DNA of 64,000 nt from an uncultured delta proteobacterium (GCA_963755715.1 CAVWLW010000034.1:32001-96000), one strand, 5' to 3'; positions 21,867 through 33,439 are shown, numbered from the stretch's first letter. The notes: a model not told the origin generated them from the letters alone. Numbers and translations are program-made.

Positions 21867-22358
21867 TTATTTTTTGAATGAATCCGGATCAAACGCCGCG
21901 CCGTTGAGCGTGTACTCGCTTTTCACCTCCGTCGGCTTGCGGATGGTCTGAATCACATAACAGCCCGCCTCGGCATTGCGTACGACTTTGGCGATTTTTT
22001 CCGGTGATTCATCGGAGGTTATTTCGCAGCGGGTTTCCACGCCCAATCCTTCCGCCTGTACGGTCTCGCGTAATACTGAGCCCTCGTTCTTGAAGCGCGC
22101 CATGACAAAAACCTTCGCTTTATCGATGTGCGTCTTGAGCATTTCCCCGTACCGGGAAATTTGCGTCAGCAGTCAAAACCCCACCGAAAGGGCGAAATAC
22201 GCGAGCGGCGGCGGCGCGGTATTGGCGCCGCCGATACGTTCACCCTCGTCGCAAAAAACCGTGAAGCCGCGCGCGTGCCCTTCTTTGCGCATCCGCTCCA
22301 AGGTTTCGGCGTCGGCTTCCAAGACAATCTCCCGCTTGATTTGCAGATCCTCGCCCAC
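21867..22358 (-). CDS. OsmC/Ohr-like selenoprotein, about 163 aa, UGA at 22175-22173 read as Sec
   Basis: ORFs 22173..22358 and 21867..22142 are in one frame separated only by TGA: DEGERIGGANTAPPPLAYFALSVGF-U-LLTQISRYGEMLK...AEAGCYV. A hairpin starts 12 nt after the UGA. Confidence 0.85.
22141..22160 (-). promoter_or_regulatory. Putative bacterial SECIS hairpin
   Basis: ATTTCCC-GGTACG-GGGAAAT, 12 nt 3' of the UGA, with G at the start of the apical loop. Confidence 0.7.
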
Positions 22359-22446
22359 GATCCCTCCGGGTAGTCGACCCTCCCACTGCGCGCTTCAATC
22401 AATATATTCACAATCGCCGGTTGTTTCCAGCCGCGAAAAGTTTCCC

Positions 22447-23514
22447 TCACGGGCGCTCGATGTTCGAGTATTCTTCCGAATAGAGATCGAGCAACGCTCG
22501 CAGCAGCGCTAACAGCGCCGGGCCGAGCACGATCCCCACCGCACCGAAAAGCGAGAGACCGCCAAGGATGCCGAAAAAGAGAAATAGGACCGGCAGGCCG
22601 AGACGATTGCCGATGAGAAGCGGCTTGAGAATATTGTCCACCGTGCCGACAAATCCCAAGCACCAGACCAACAGCACGACGCCGCGCACCGTTTCGCCCT
22701 GGAGAAACAAGTAAATCGCGGCCGGTATCGAAACGATCGCCGACCCACCCACCGGCAACAGCGAGACAAAGGCCGTGACCACGCCCCACAATACCGCGTA
22801 CGGGACACCTAAAAACCAATAAGCCCAGCCGGCGAGCAGCCCCTGCACCATCGCGACGACCAGGGAACCGTGCACCACGGCCAAAACGGAGTCGACGATG
22901 TTTTTGAACAGCCGCTGTTGATGCTCTTGGTCCATCGGCAGCAGCCGCTGAATCCGATTGACCAGCTCGGCACCGTCGCGCAGGAAGAAAAATAGCGTAA
23001 ACAAAGCAACGATAAAATTAACCGTGAAAAGCAGCACGTTCTGAGCGATCCCTTTGACTTGTGTAACGATAAACGTCGACGAAGATTGTGCCCCTTGAAT
23101 CAACAAATTCTTCCAGTCGATCTTGAAATCCACCAGTCGGAACGTCGCCATATCCCACCAACCGATCAAGTGCTGCACCCACGGCTGCGCCAGCCATTGC
23201 TGCTTGCCATCTTCGTCCAGGAGCAAACGCACCGACTGAAGCAACGAGACCGCCTCGTCCGCTAAAAACCGCGCCAGCTCGACGCCGGGCGCGATCACGA
23301 TAATCGTGATCACGACGATGACCGTCATCGCTGCGAGCGTCGCGCGCCCGCGCATAAGTTCGAGCAGCCCGGCGTACACCGGGTAGAAGAGAATGGCGAG
23401 AATCGCCGCCCAAGTGATCGCCGTCAAAAACGGCGTCAAGATCAAGAACGCGCCGTACAGAATGAGCAGAAGAAGCGCGAAGAAAAAAGCGGTCACGAGC
23501 CAAGTTCGATTCAC
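22447..23514 (-). CDS. AI-2E family transporter
   Basis: Multi-TM; LFFFLRDG, DNILKP, GILGGLSLFGAVGIVLGP. GTG 23514 follows GGAGAGGA. Confidence 0.9.
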   Translation of the reverse strand: MNRTWLVTAFFFALLLLILYGAFLILTPFLTAITWAAILAILFYPVYAGLLELMRGRATLAAMTVIVVITIIVIAPGVELARFLADEAVSLLQSVRLLLDEDGKQQWLAQPWVQHLIGWWDMATFRLVDFKIDWKNLLIQGAQSSSTFIVTQVKGIAQNVLLFTVNFIVALFTLFFFLRDGAELVNRIQRLLPMDQEHQQRLFKNIVDSVLAVVHGSLVVAMVQGLLAGWAYWFLGVPYAVLWGVVTAFVSLLPVGGSAIVSIPAAIYLFLQGETVRGVVLLVWCLGFVGTVDNILKPLLIGNRLGLPVLFLFFGILGGLSLFGAVGIVLGPALLALLRALLDLYSEEYSNIERP

Positions 23515-23763
23515 CGAGTGGCTTCCTCTCCAATCCGTCAACTGTACGTAGAAGAACTGTCGGTGGCAAGGCGCCACAAACCGCGATAGCCCGTGCGGCG
23601 AAAGCTTAAGCGCAAGCATCGCTGCAATTGCAAAGGGCAAGATTTGAATTGATGGTCAATGTGCCAATCGTAGACAGATCCATCTGATGCCGCGGATTAC
23701 TGCCGCTGATGAAAACGGTCAGGCGAGAAAGTAAAAACTGCGCGGCCCGGATTTCCGGAGCGC

Positions 23764-25036
23764 TCACAGACTGCCGACGAAGCGACCGGGATTGAGCAAT
23801 CCCGCGGGGTCGAATTGGTGCTTGATCCGGCGCATGAGCGCTAGGGTCGGTGGCGATAGCCCCCATACTTCAAGGCCGTGCTTAAGGTCGCTTGGCGCGG
23901 CGAAGATGATAACGTGACCGCCGCGGCTATTCGCCATTTCCGTCAGTTCGGCAAAGCGCGAGGCGTTTGCTTTATTTGCTTGACAAGTCAACCAGACGGT
24001 ACCGATCGCGGCATCGGCGCTGATTGCCGCGCCGTGCCAATTTTTGATCCTCGGGATGAAGTTAAAGACTTCGGCGCGCGGCAGCGTGATGCGAAAGACC
24101 AGACGTTCGCTCTGCAAAGGGACGTTCTGACGCGCTTGCCAAAATTCATTCTGGCCTTCGTCACCGAAAAATTCGGCGGACATCCCTAATCGATCGGCGA
24201 GCGCCCTTACATCACGACGGCATCGGCTTATCGTCTCGACAAATCCTTCAAACCTCGCTGCGATCTGCCAGCGCTCCGACTCCTGGTTTTGTAAAAGCAC
24301 GACCGCCGCCGGCAACAGAGGCGAATGAAGCAACTCTTCGGCGAATTTCTGCGCTTGCGCCAAAGTGCCCGATACGAGCGCGGTCTCGCTGCTTTCGGGA
24401 AGCGGCGTCAAGCGCAAAGTCACTTCGGTGATGACGCCGAGAGTGCCGAGGGAGCCGACAAAAAGTTTGCACATGTCATAGCCCGCGACGTTCTTGACGA
24501 CTTTGCCACCCGCTTTGATCTGTTCGCCGCTGATGAGAACCACTTTCATGCCGATCACCAAATCGCGCACGCTGCCGTAATAACTGCGCCGCGGTCCGTT
24601 GAGATTCCCGGCAACGATGCCGCCGACGGTGGAGCGTTCGGGAAACGGCGGGTCGACGGGCACGAACTGGCGTTGGCCTGCGAGCAGTTGTTGCAGCGCG
24701 GCCAGACTGATCCCGCTTTCTGCCGTCACCGTGAGATTGGCGGGGTCGTGGTCGATCACGCGATCGAGTCTGCCAGTATTGAGCACGACCTCAACTTGGC
24801 GCGGCGGATTGCCCAGCGCCATGGCGGTGCCGCCGCCCCAGGGAGTTACAGTCGCATCCGCTTCCGCGCAGAGACGGAGTGCCGCGCTCACTTGCTCTCG
24901 ATCTGGCGTGCAGACCAATGCCGGTTGCTTGCCGTCCACGCGAGTGAGAAGTGAGCAAGTCGGCATTTAAACTAACCGCGTCGGCGCCTAGCTCGGCGGC
25001 CAATCGCTGCGTCAATTGATCGGGAGTCGATTTCAT
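23764..25036 (-). CDS. glcE: Glycolate oxidase FAD-binding subunit GlcE-like (frameshift near 24950)
   Basis: PWGGGT, GGKVVKNVAGYDMCKLFVGSLGTLG, FDPAGLLNPGR; N-terminus MKSTPDQL in another frame. Confidence 0.82.
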
Positions 25037-26344
25037 TTCGGCGTCGCGGCGCCGCTTTCGCCACAGGCGCGGTCGAGCAGATCCATCAGATGATAAACTT
25101 TCACCGCGGGTCCGTAGCGCTGGGCGCCGTAGCGAAGCTGCAGCATGCAACCGGGGTTGGGCGCGACGACGGCCTCGGCTTTCGTCGCCGCCACCGACTG
25201 CATTTTTTCCTTGAGCAGCTGTTGTGACATGTCTGGGTGGGTCAAGTTGTAAATGCCGGCGCTGCCGCAGCAGCGATCCGAGCCTTCCATCTCGACTAGC
25301 TTCAGGCCGGGGATCGACTGTAATAATTTTCGCGGTTGGCTGCGGATGCGTTGGCCGTGCGCGAGATGGCACGGATCTTGGTAGGTCACGGTGAGATCGA
25401 CGGGACGAAGCTCGCTTTTAAGGCCGAGATCCCCAAGAAATTCACCGGCGTCCTTGACCAGCGCGCTGAAACGCTCCGCCTTGTCGCGATAGGCGGGATC
25501 GTCGCGCAACAAGTAGCCGTATTCTTTCATCGCCGCGCCGCAGCCGGCGGAGTTGACGACGATCGCGTCGACGTTGGTTTCGAGAAAAACATCGATGTTG
25601 TGCCGCGCCATCTGTTTGGCCGCGACGCTCTCGCCGTTATGAATATTCAGCGCGCCGCAGCAGATCTGGTTTTTCGGCAATACGACATCGCAGCCGTTGC
25701 GTCTGAGCACGCGCACGGTGGCTTCATTGACGTCACCGAATAAGAGCGGCATGACGCATCCATTGAGCATGGCGACTTTAGCGCGGCGCGCGCCGACGGC
25801 TGGCAGGACGTCCGCTTCGGCATGAAAAAATTTGGACGGGATGGCAGGCAGCATCGAATCCATTTCGCGCAATTTAGCCGGCAAGAGCGTTCGCGCGAGC
25901 CGCTGCAGTCCGCTCCGTTGGTAGAAACGTAGCAGACCGAAGACAAAACGCAGCCGCCGCGGAAAGGGTAGCAAACGGGTGAAAACAAAATTCAGTACCG
26001 CGCGCGCGAAAGGCGAGCCTGGCGGGCCAAGCTGCTCGCGCGCGGTTTCGGCGATCCGACCATATTGCACGCCGGACGGACACGCTGTCTCGCAGGCGCG
26101 GCAGAGCAGGCAGAGATAGATGTGTTCTTTGAAACGATCGTTAAGCTCGATGCGTCCTTCAGCGGCGGCTTTGACCAGATGAATTCGCCCGCGCGGCGAC
26201 TCGGGTTCGAGGTGCAGCAGCGCGATAGGTCGGACATTGATTCAAACACAGGCCGCAATGCACGCATTGGTAGAGCTCGGGGAGATCTAATGCGGGCACC
26301 TTCGCAGTGGCGGCGTCCTCGGGTTTGTTGTGCGGCAGTTCCAA
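25033..26344 (-). CDS. glcF: Glycolate oxidase Fe-S subunit GlcF-like (frameshift near 26220)
   Basis: CVHCGLCLNQCP and CLLCRACETACP ferredoxin motifs plus two CCG domains (CCGA...AGCG, DPCH...CCGSAG...PGC). Confidence 0.85.
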
Positions 26345-26360
26345 TCGCGACCTTTCGTGA

Positions 26361-26436
26361 GTCTAGAGTCTCGGGGCTAGAGTTGATGAGCGAAGAAATC
26401 TGCTAGACCCGAGACACGGAACTCGAAACTCTAGAC
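26361..26436. repeat. Heptamer-like repeats forming an inverted pair
   Basis: GTCTAGAGTCTCGGGGCTAG ... CTAGACCCGAGAC...ACTCTAGAC between glcD and glcF. Confidence 0.5.
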
Positions 26437-26440
26437 AGTT

Positions 26441-27881
26441 TCATATCCACAACCCCGCCGGGATTTGTGCCGGCTGCAGACGTACTTCGCCGCAGCTCGC
26501 TGGTGTCGGAAAGAGTTTCGCCGGATTGAACCTGTTGTCTGGGTCGAAAACGCGCCGCACTCGCGCCATCGCTTCCAAATCGGCTTCGTTGAAAAGCAAG
26601 CCGATATAAGCCTTCTTCTCCAAGCCGACGCCGTGCTCGCCGGTGATGCTGCCGCCGAGCTCGATACAGGCGCGCAGCGTGGCGGCGCCGGCTTCGATCA
26701 CGCGATCGAGCTCACCGGGCGCGCGCATGTCGAACAAAATGTTCGGATGCAGATTGCCATCGCCGGCGTGAAACACATTGGCGATGCGGAGATTAAATTC
26801 TTTGCTGATCGCGGCGATGCGGCGCATCATCTCCGGCAGCTTGCTGCGCGGCACGACACCGTCTTGGACGTAATAATTCGGCGCCAGCGTGCCCATGGCG
26901 CCAAAAGCGCCTTTGCGGCCTTTCCATAATCGTTGCCGCTCGCTTTCATCGGCGGCGAGCTTCACTTCGCGCGCGCCGTTGCGTTGGCAGATCTCGCGCG
27001 CGAGTCGACGCCGAGCGGTCGGTGTGCTCCGTGAGGCCTTCAATTTCGACGATCAGCACCGCTTCCGCGTCGCGCGGAAAGCCCACCGGCGCGCCGCGCT
27101 CGATGGCCTCGATCGTTGTGCGATCCATCATTTCCAACGCTGCCGGAATGATTCCGGCCGCGGTAATGTCGACAACGGTCTGAGTCGCGTTATCCATCTC
27201 GTCAAAAATGGCTAGTAACGTGCGCACCGACTCGCGCGTCTGCATCAGCCTCACCGCTACTTTGGTGACGATTCCCATGGTGCCTTCCGAGCCGACGAAC
27301 AGGCCGCAGAGATCATAGCCCGGCATGTCCGGAACTTCGCCGCCAAGCCATACGACTGCGCCGTCGTCCAATACGACTTCGACGCCAAGCACGTGGTTGG
27401 TCGTGACGCCGTAGGCGAGCGTATGCGGGCCGCCGGAATTGTTCGCCACGTTGCCGCCGATCGAGCAAGCGGCTTGACTGCTCGGGTCGGGCGCATAGAA
27501 AAGGCCGTCTTTGGCCACCGCCTTGGTGACATCGAGCGTTGATCACGCCCGGGCTCGACGATGGCGATGCGATTTTCGAGATCGATTTTCAAGATGCGAT
27601 TCAACCGCGCTAGTGAGAGAACGATTCCGCCCTCCGCCGGCACCGCGCCGCCGGCTAGGCCGGTCCCCGAACCCCGCGGCACAATCGGTACGCCGGCCTG
27701 TTTCGCTGCTTTCACCACGGCGGCGACTTCTTCAACGTTGCTGGGCAGCACAACGATCTCCGGCATGACTTGAAAGATCGAGCCGTCCTGTTCGTAAACG
27801 ACAACGTCTTCTTTCTCGATCAGAACATAGCGCTCGCCGACGATAGCTGCGCAGATCGCGAATGAGAGTTTCTCGATTCAT
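26441..27881 (-). CDS. glcD: Glycolate oxidase subunit GlcD-like FAD-linked oxidase (frameshifts near 27850, 27545, 27005)
   Basis: RGSGTGLAGG, PDPSSQAACSIGGNVANNSGG, GSEGT, HAGDGNLH, TGEHGVG, FNPAKLFP spread over four frame segments. Confidence 0.88.
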
Positions 27882-28015
27882 TGCTGGGGAGCCTAGCGGA
27901 GAGTGGATCGGGGTGTCAAATGGGACTCACGGAGGAACGACGTTGACGAAAATCTTCGAAGTGTAATATAAGCGGAAGACCAAAGTTCATGATTTGTCGA
28001 AACAGGAGGCAAACT

Positions 28016-29185
28016 ATGTCTGACCAGGCAAAGATCCAGGAGCCAGAGACAAAAAAAGTCTCACGAAGAAATGTTCTCAAAGCCGCCGTTGCCGCCGGCG
28101 GCGCGGCAGTTTTGGGTTTCCCCAATATCGTCAAGGCGCAAGGGGTCACCACGATGCGCTGGCAGAGCACCTGGCCGCAGAAGGATATCTTCCACGAGTT
28201 CGCTCTGGACTTCGCCAAGAAGGTCGTCGACATGACCGGCGGCGATTTGAAAATCGAAGTGCTACCCGCGGGCGCGGTGGTGCCAGCCTTCGGCGTGCTC
28301 GACGCCGTGTCGAAGGGAACCCTCGACGGCGCTCATGGCGTGCTCTCCTACCATTACGGCAAGAGCAACGCGCTCGCGCTCTGGGGATCGAGTCCCGCTT
28401 ACGGCATGGACGCCAACATGATTCTGGCTTGGCACAAGTACGGTGGCGGCAAGGAGATGCTCAACAAGATCTACAACTCGCTCGGCGCCAATGTGGTCTC
28501 TTTCCCGTATGGGCCGATGCCAACGCAGCCGCTCGGCTGGTACAAGAAGCCGGTCACGAAACCAGACGACTTCAAAGGCATGAAGTTCCGCACCGTGGGC
28601 ATCTCGATCGACCTGTTCCAGGGTATGGGCGCGGCGGTGAATGCTCTGCCGGGCGCCGAGATCGTTCCGGCGATGGACCGGGGGCTTCTCGATGCCGCTG
28701 AGTTCAATAACGCGTCCTCCGATCGCGCTCTCGGCTTTGCCGACGTCTCTAAGGTCTGCATGCTGCAGAGCTACCATCAGAACGCCGAGCAGTTCGAGAT
28801 CCTATTCAACAAGACCAAGTTCGACGGCGCTGCCGGAAAAGATGAGAGCGATCATCGCATATGCCGTTGACGCGGCGTCGGCGGACATGTCCTGGAAGGC
28901 CATCGACCGCTACTCGAAAGACTACATCGAGTTGCAGACCAAAGATAAGGTAAGGTTCTACCGGACGCCAGATTCGGTCCTGCAAAAGCAGCTGGAGATT
29001 TTCGACCAGGTGGAGGCGAAGAAGTCGGCCGAGCTTCCCGCTTTTCAAAGAGGTCGCCGAATCGCAGCGCGCTTTTGCCGAGCGGGCGGTAAAGTGGGAC
29101 CTCGACACGAACGTACCCCGCCGCATGGCCTACAACCACTATTTCGCCAAGCCAGCCGCCAAGCCGGCTGGCCAAGAAGGGCTAA
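28016..29185 (+). CDS. TRAP transporter substrate-binding protein DctP (TakP/lactate-type; Tat signal; frameshifts near 28825 and 29035)
   Basis: SRRNVLK twin-arginine signal, RWQSTWP, LPAGAVV, GWYKKP, GLLDAAEF; AGGAGG SD. Exact end uncertain. Confidence 0.85.
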
Positions 29186-29210
29186 ATCGCGGAAGCGATT
29201 GCGGCAATTC

Positions 29211-29249
29211 GCCAGTCATTCGGCAGTGACCGGATGACTGGCTTTTTTT
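29211..29249 (+). terminator. Intrinsic terminator or mRNA-stabilising hairpin between dctP and dctQ
   Basis: GCCAGTCAT...ATGACTGGC followed by TTTTTTT. Confidence 0.65.
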
Positions 29250-29260
29250 CGAGAAAAATC

Positions 29261-29969
29261 ATGAACGCTCAAACGCTGCTCCGCATCATTGACCAGATCA
29301 GTTACTGGATCGGCAAAGCGTTTGCCTGGCTGATCTTGGGATTGACCATGGTGGTTTCCATCGAGGTGTTCAAGCGCTACATCTTGAACGCGCCGACGTC
29401 CTGGATCTTCGATCTGAACAATATGCTCTACGGCACGCTATTCATGATGTGCGGCGCCTACACCTTGGCGCTCGCCGGCCACGTGCGCGCTGACTTTGTC
29501 TATATCTATCTCAAACCGCGCGCCCAGGCCGGCACTCGATCTCGCCTTGTATTTTCTGTTTTTTATCCCAGGCATCCTCGGGCTTATCTATGCGGGCTAC
29601 GGCTACGCCGCCGATTCCTGGCGCATCGCGGAGCATTCGAATGTGACGGCAGAGGGTCCGCCCATCTACTACTTCAAAACAGTCATTCCGATCGCAGGAA
29701 CATTTGTCATGCTTCAGGGCCTCGCTGAAATCGTCCGCTGTATTGTTTGCATTCGCACTGGCGCCTGGCCGGCGCGCTTGGACGATGTGGAAGAAATTGA
29801 CGTTATCGAGACCCAACTCTCCCACAGCGAGTACGTGGACGAAGAGTCGCGCCTTGCTGCGATGGAGACGGCGCATGCCATCGACGACGCCGCGCGCCAC
29901 CGCAGCGTAATGGAAGAAGGCGTGGTGCACGAGAGAGCAATCAAAGAAGACGAGCGGAACAAGCCATGA
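29261..29969 (+). CDS. TRAP small permease DctQ (frameshift near 29530)
   Basis: EVFKRYILNAPT, AYTLALAGHVRAD, PIYYFKTVIP. Confidence 0.85.
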
Positions 29970-32023
29970 GCGATCCAGTACTCGGCCTGACCATGCTGGG
30001 GCTCATTGTGGTTGCGATCATGATGGGTTTTCCCACGGCATTTACACTCATGGGCCTCGGCATGATCTTTGGTTACATCGCTTTCTGGGATCCGGCGCAT
30101 CACTGGTGGCAGAGTCGGATCTTCGATCTTATGGTGCAACGGACGTACGGGGTGATGACGAATGACACCCTGCTATCGGTTCCGCTGTTTGTCTTCATGG
30201 GCTACATCATGGAGCGCGCGGCGCTCGTCGACCGCATGTTTCATAGCGTCCAGCTTGCCTTCCGGGGCGTACCCGCCTCGCTCGCTGTGACCACCATGCT
30301 CGTGTCCGCGTTTTGGGGGATCGCCTCCGGCATCGTCGGCGCAGTGGTCGTGCTCATGGGCGTTATCGCGTTCCGACCAATGCTGAATGCCGGCTACGAC
30401 GTCAAGCTCGCTTCGGGAGTCATTACCGCCGGCGGGACGCTGGGCATCCTTATCCCACCCTCGGTGATGATTATCGTCTATGCCGCGGTGTCTGGGCAGT
30501 CGATCGTGAAGCTCTATGCCGCCGCCATGCTGCCGGGCTTCTTTCTCACCTTCCTCTATCTCGTGTACATCCTCGGCTGGGCGATCATCAATCCGAAGAT
30601 CGCGCCCAAGCTGTCGGCCGACCAGTACAGGGTCACGGTCCCGGATTGGATCAAGCGGCTCGAGAGCAAACGCTCACGCAGCATCGTCCCCCGCCTCATC
30701 GCTGCCGCGTTTCGACCAAGCCTGGTGCGTGACACAACGACGCCAGACGGCCAACCGGTAGGCTATGGCCTCATCCTGAACAACGTGCTCGCGCTCCTGG
30801 TGCCGGTGGCGCTCACAGTCGGTACTTATGGTGCAACCTGGTGGTATGTGGTCATCTACAACGCCCCGGCGGCGCAAATTACATCCGTCGCTGCGCCTCT
30901 GGCCGGGCCCGCCGCGCCCACTCAGGCCGCTACGGAGCCGCCGGTCGCGGTGACCGCGCCCACCGCGGAAAAGCCACAGGAACTCGGAGAGGCGGAATCT
31001 GAGGTCCGAGGGACTGAGGCTCCGCGCGCGGCGGATGCGCCGCCCGAGGAAATGACGACGCTCGGGGAGTCGACGACCCAATCAATAGCGGGCAAGGTTC
31101 CGGCGCATTTTTACCAATGGTTTTGGGGGTTGGCGGCGGTCTCCGCGCTCCTGCTTGCCATCTATCTCTGGCGCATGGACGGCGAACAGTTCGAGATCTT
31201 GAAGGAGCTATCGGCATCGGTGGTCCCCCTCGGCGTCCTCACGTTCGTGGTGCTCGCGGTGATCTTGTTCGGCATCTGCACCGCAACCGAGTCGGCGGCT
31301 ATCGGCGCCCTCGGCGCGATGTATCTCGCGGTGATGACGAAATACCTGCGCGAGGTCCTATGGTGGAGTCTCGTGGGCGCGCTTATTGGCGTCGCGCTCG
31401 GCTGGTACGAGGGCGAGGACTTCGCGTCGCTGCTCGTAGCCGCCTCGATCGGAGGGACGCTCGTGGGCACCGTCGTGCCCGGGCTCTGGAATCTCAGAGC
31501 CTCGCCGGAGCTTCGGCAGAACATGAAGGAAGCGACGTTTCTCACGGCCAAAACGACTGCGATGGTGTGCTGGCTGTTCATCGGCTCGGCGCTGTTCTCC
31601 GCCGTGTTCGCGCTGCACGGCGGCCAAGGATTAATCGAACGCTGGGTGCTTGGCATGAACTTGTCGCCGTTGGGATTCTTGTTTATCTCTCAAATGATCA
31701 TTTTCTTGCTTGGTTGGCCGCTCGAATGGACTGAGATCATCGTTATCTTTTGTCCTATTTTCATTCCGCTGCTGAGTCATTTCAAGGTCGATCCGATCCT
31801 GTTCGGCACCATGGTGGCGGTGAATCTCCAGGCAGCGTTTCTGTCGCCGCCAGTGGCGATGTCGGCCTTCTATCTTAAGGGTGTGGCGCCGAAACATGTT
31901 ACGCTGAATCAAATCTTCGCCGGCATGATGCCCTACATGATCATCGTCTGCATCTGCCTCGTGTTCATGTACATCTGGCCGGGCATGACGCTTTGGTTGC
32001 CGGAGTTTTTGTATGGAAATTGA
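29966..32023 (+). CDS. TRAP large permease DctM with internal insertion
   Basis: GFPTAF, LLSVPLFVFMG, GTLGILIPPS, TATESAAIGA, LSPP. Confidence 0.9.
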   Translation: MSDPVLGLTMLGLIVVAIMMGFPTAFTLMGLGMIFGYIAFWDPAHHWWQSRIFDLMVQRTYGVMTNDTLLSVPLFVFMGYIMERAALVDRMFHSVQLAFRGVPASLAVTTMLVSAFWGIASGIVGAVVVLMGVIAFRPMLNAGYDVKLASGVITAGGTLGILIPPSVMIIVYAAVSGQSIVKLYAAAMLPGFFLTFLYLVYILGWAIINPKIAPKLSADQYRVTVPDWIKRLESKRSRSIVPRLIAAAFRPSLVRDTTTPDGQPVGYGLILNNVLALLVPVALTVGTYGATWWYVVIYNAPAAQITSVAAPLAGPAAPTQAATEPPVAVTAPTAEKPQELGEAESEVRGTEAPRAADAPPEEMTTLGESTTQSIAGKVPAHFYQWFWGLAAVSALLLAIYLWRMDGEQFEILKELSASVVPLGVLTFVVLAVILFGICTATESAAIGALGAMYLAVMTKYLREVLWWSLVGALIGVALGWYEGEDFASLLVAASIGGTLVGTVVPGLWNLRASPELRQNMKEATFLTAKTTAMVCWLFIGSALFSAVFALHGGQGLIERWVLGMNLSPLGFLFISQMIIFLLGWPLEWTEIIVIFCPIFIPLLSHFKVDPILFGTMVAVNLQAAFLSPPVAMSAFYLKGVAPKHVTLNQIFAGMMPYMIIVCICLVFMYIWPGMTLWLPEFLYGN

Positions 32024-32030
32024 TCTGCAG

Positions 32031-32058
32031 GTAGGGGCGATTCATGAATCGCCCCTAC
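32031..32058. repeat. GTAG-type REP palindrome
   Basis: Perfect palindrome GTAGGGGCGATTCATGAATCGCCCCTAC. Confidence 0.7.
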
Positions 32059-32074
32059 GGTTCGCAATCAGACG

Positions 32075-33417
32075 ATGGGCCTAACCGATCTTCATCTGCT
32101 CTCCGCAACCGAGGCAGCCCGCCTGATCCGCGACGGAATAATTAGCTCGGAACAATTCGTCGAAGCTTGCCTGGCGCGCATCCGTGAAATCGATCCGCAG
32201 GTTCAAGCCTGGGCGTTTCTCGACCCCGATCACGCTCTCGCGCAAGCCCGCGCGGCGGACGTGCTTCGTTTGAGCGGTCAACCGATCGGTCCGCTGCACG
32301 GTGTGCCGGTCGCGATCAAAGATATTTTCGATACCGCCGACATGCCGACCGAATATGGCTCGCCGATTTACGCCGGGCGCACGCCGTCGCGCGACGCGAC
32401 GGTCGTTTCGCTGCTGCGCGCAGCCGGCGCGGTGATCATCGGCAAAACAGTTACAACGGAGTTTGCCTACTTTTCCCCTGGCAAGACGCGCAATCCGCAC
32501 AACCCCGAGCACACTCCGGGCGGCTCTTCGAGCGGTTCGGCCGCCGCGGTCGGCGCCAACATGGTGCCGCTCGCGATCGGCAGCCAAACCAACGGTTCGA
32601 CGATTCGGCCTGCGGCGTATTGCGGTGTCGTCGGCTTCAAGCCAACGCACGGGCTGATCTCACGCCATCGCGCGTTCGCGCTGTCGCGCACACTCGATCA
32701 TGTCGGGCTGTTCGCGCGTTCGATCGACGACATTGCGTTGCTCGCCGAGCAATTGACCGGCTATGACGAAAATGATCCCGACATGCGCCCACGGGCGCGG
32801 ATTCCGTTTATTGAAGTTGCCGCCGAAGACCCGCCGCTACCGCCGATGTTTGCGTTCGTCAAAACGCCCGTCTGGGAACGCGCCGATGAAGATACCAAAG
32901 AGGGGTTTGCCGAAATCGAACGAACATCTCGGCAGCACAGCTTGAAGAAGTCGAACTTTTTCCTTCGGCGCTCGATGCCTGGCAATTTCATCACAAGATA
33001 ATGAGCTCCGAGATGGCGACGAACCTTGAGCGCGAATGGGAAAAAAGCCGTGATCGTTTGTCGGCGCAGCTGCGACTGCAGATCGAGCGCGGCCGTGAAG
33101 TGCGCGCCGTCGAATATCAGCAAGCGCTGCGCCAGATTGCACCGATACACGAAAGCTTCGTCGAGCTGTTCGAGCAGCGTTATGACGCGATCATAACGCC
33201 AGCGGCGCCAAGCGCCGCGCCGAAAGGGCTGGATGCCACCGGTGACCCGTCGTTCTGCACGCTCTGGACGCTTTGCGGCATGCCATGCGTCAGCTTACCG
33301 CTGCTTCAAAGCGCGGACGGTTTACCGATCGGCGTGCAACTGGTTGGGCCGCGTGACGGAGACGCGAGGCTGCTGCGGACGGCGCGCTGGCTGGCGGCGA
33401 AGATGGCCGCGGCGTGA
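32075..33417 (+). CDS. Amidase signature family protein (frameshift near 32930)
   Basis: GVPVAIKD, GGSSSGSAAAV, GSQTNGSTIRPAAYCG, GLPIGVQLVG. Confidence 0.9.
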
Positions 33418-33439
33418 ATCGTTATAACGATGAAAGATT

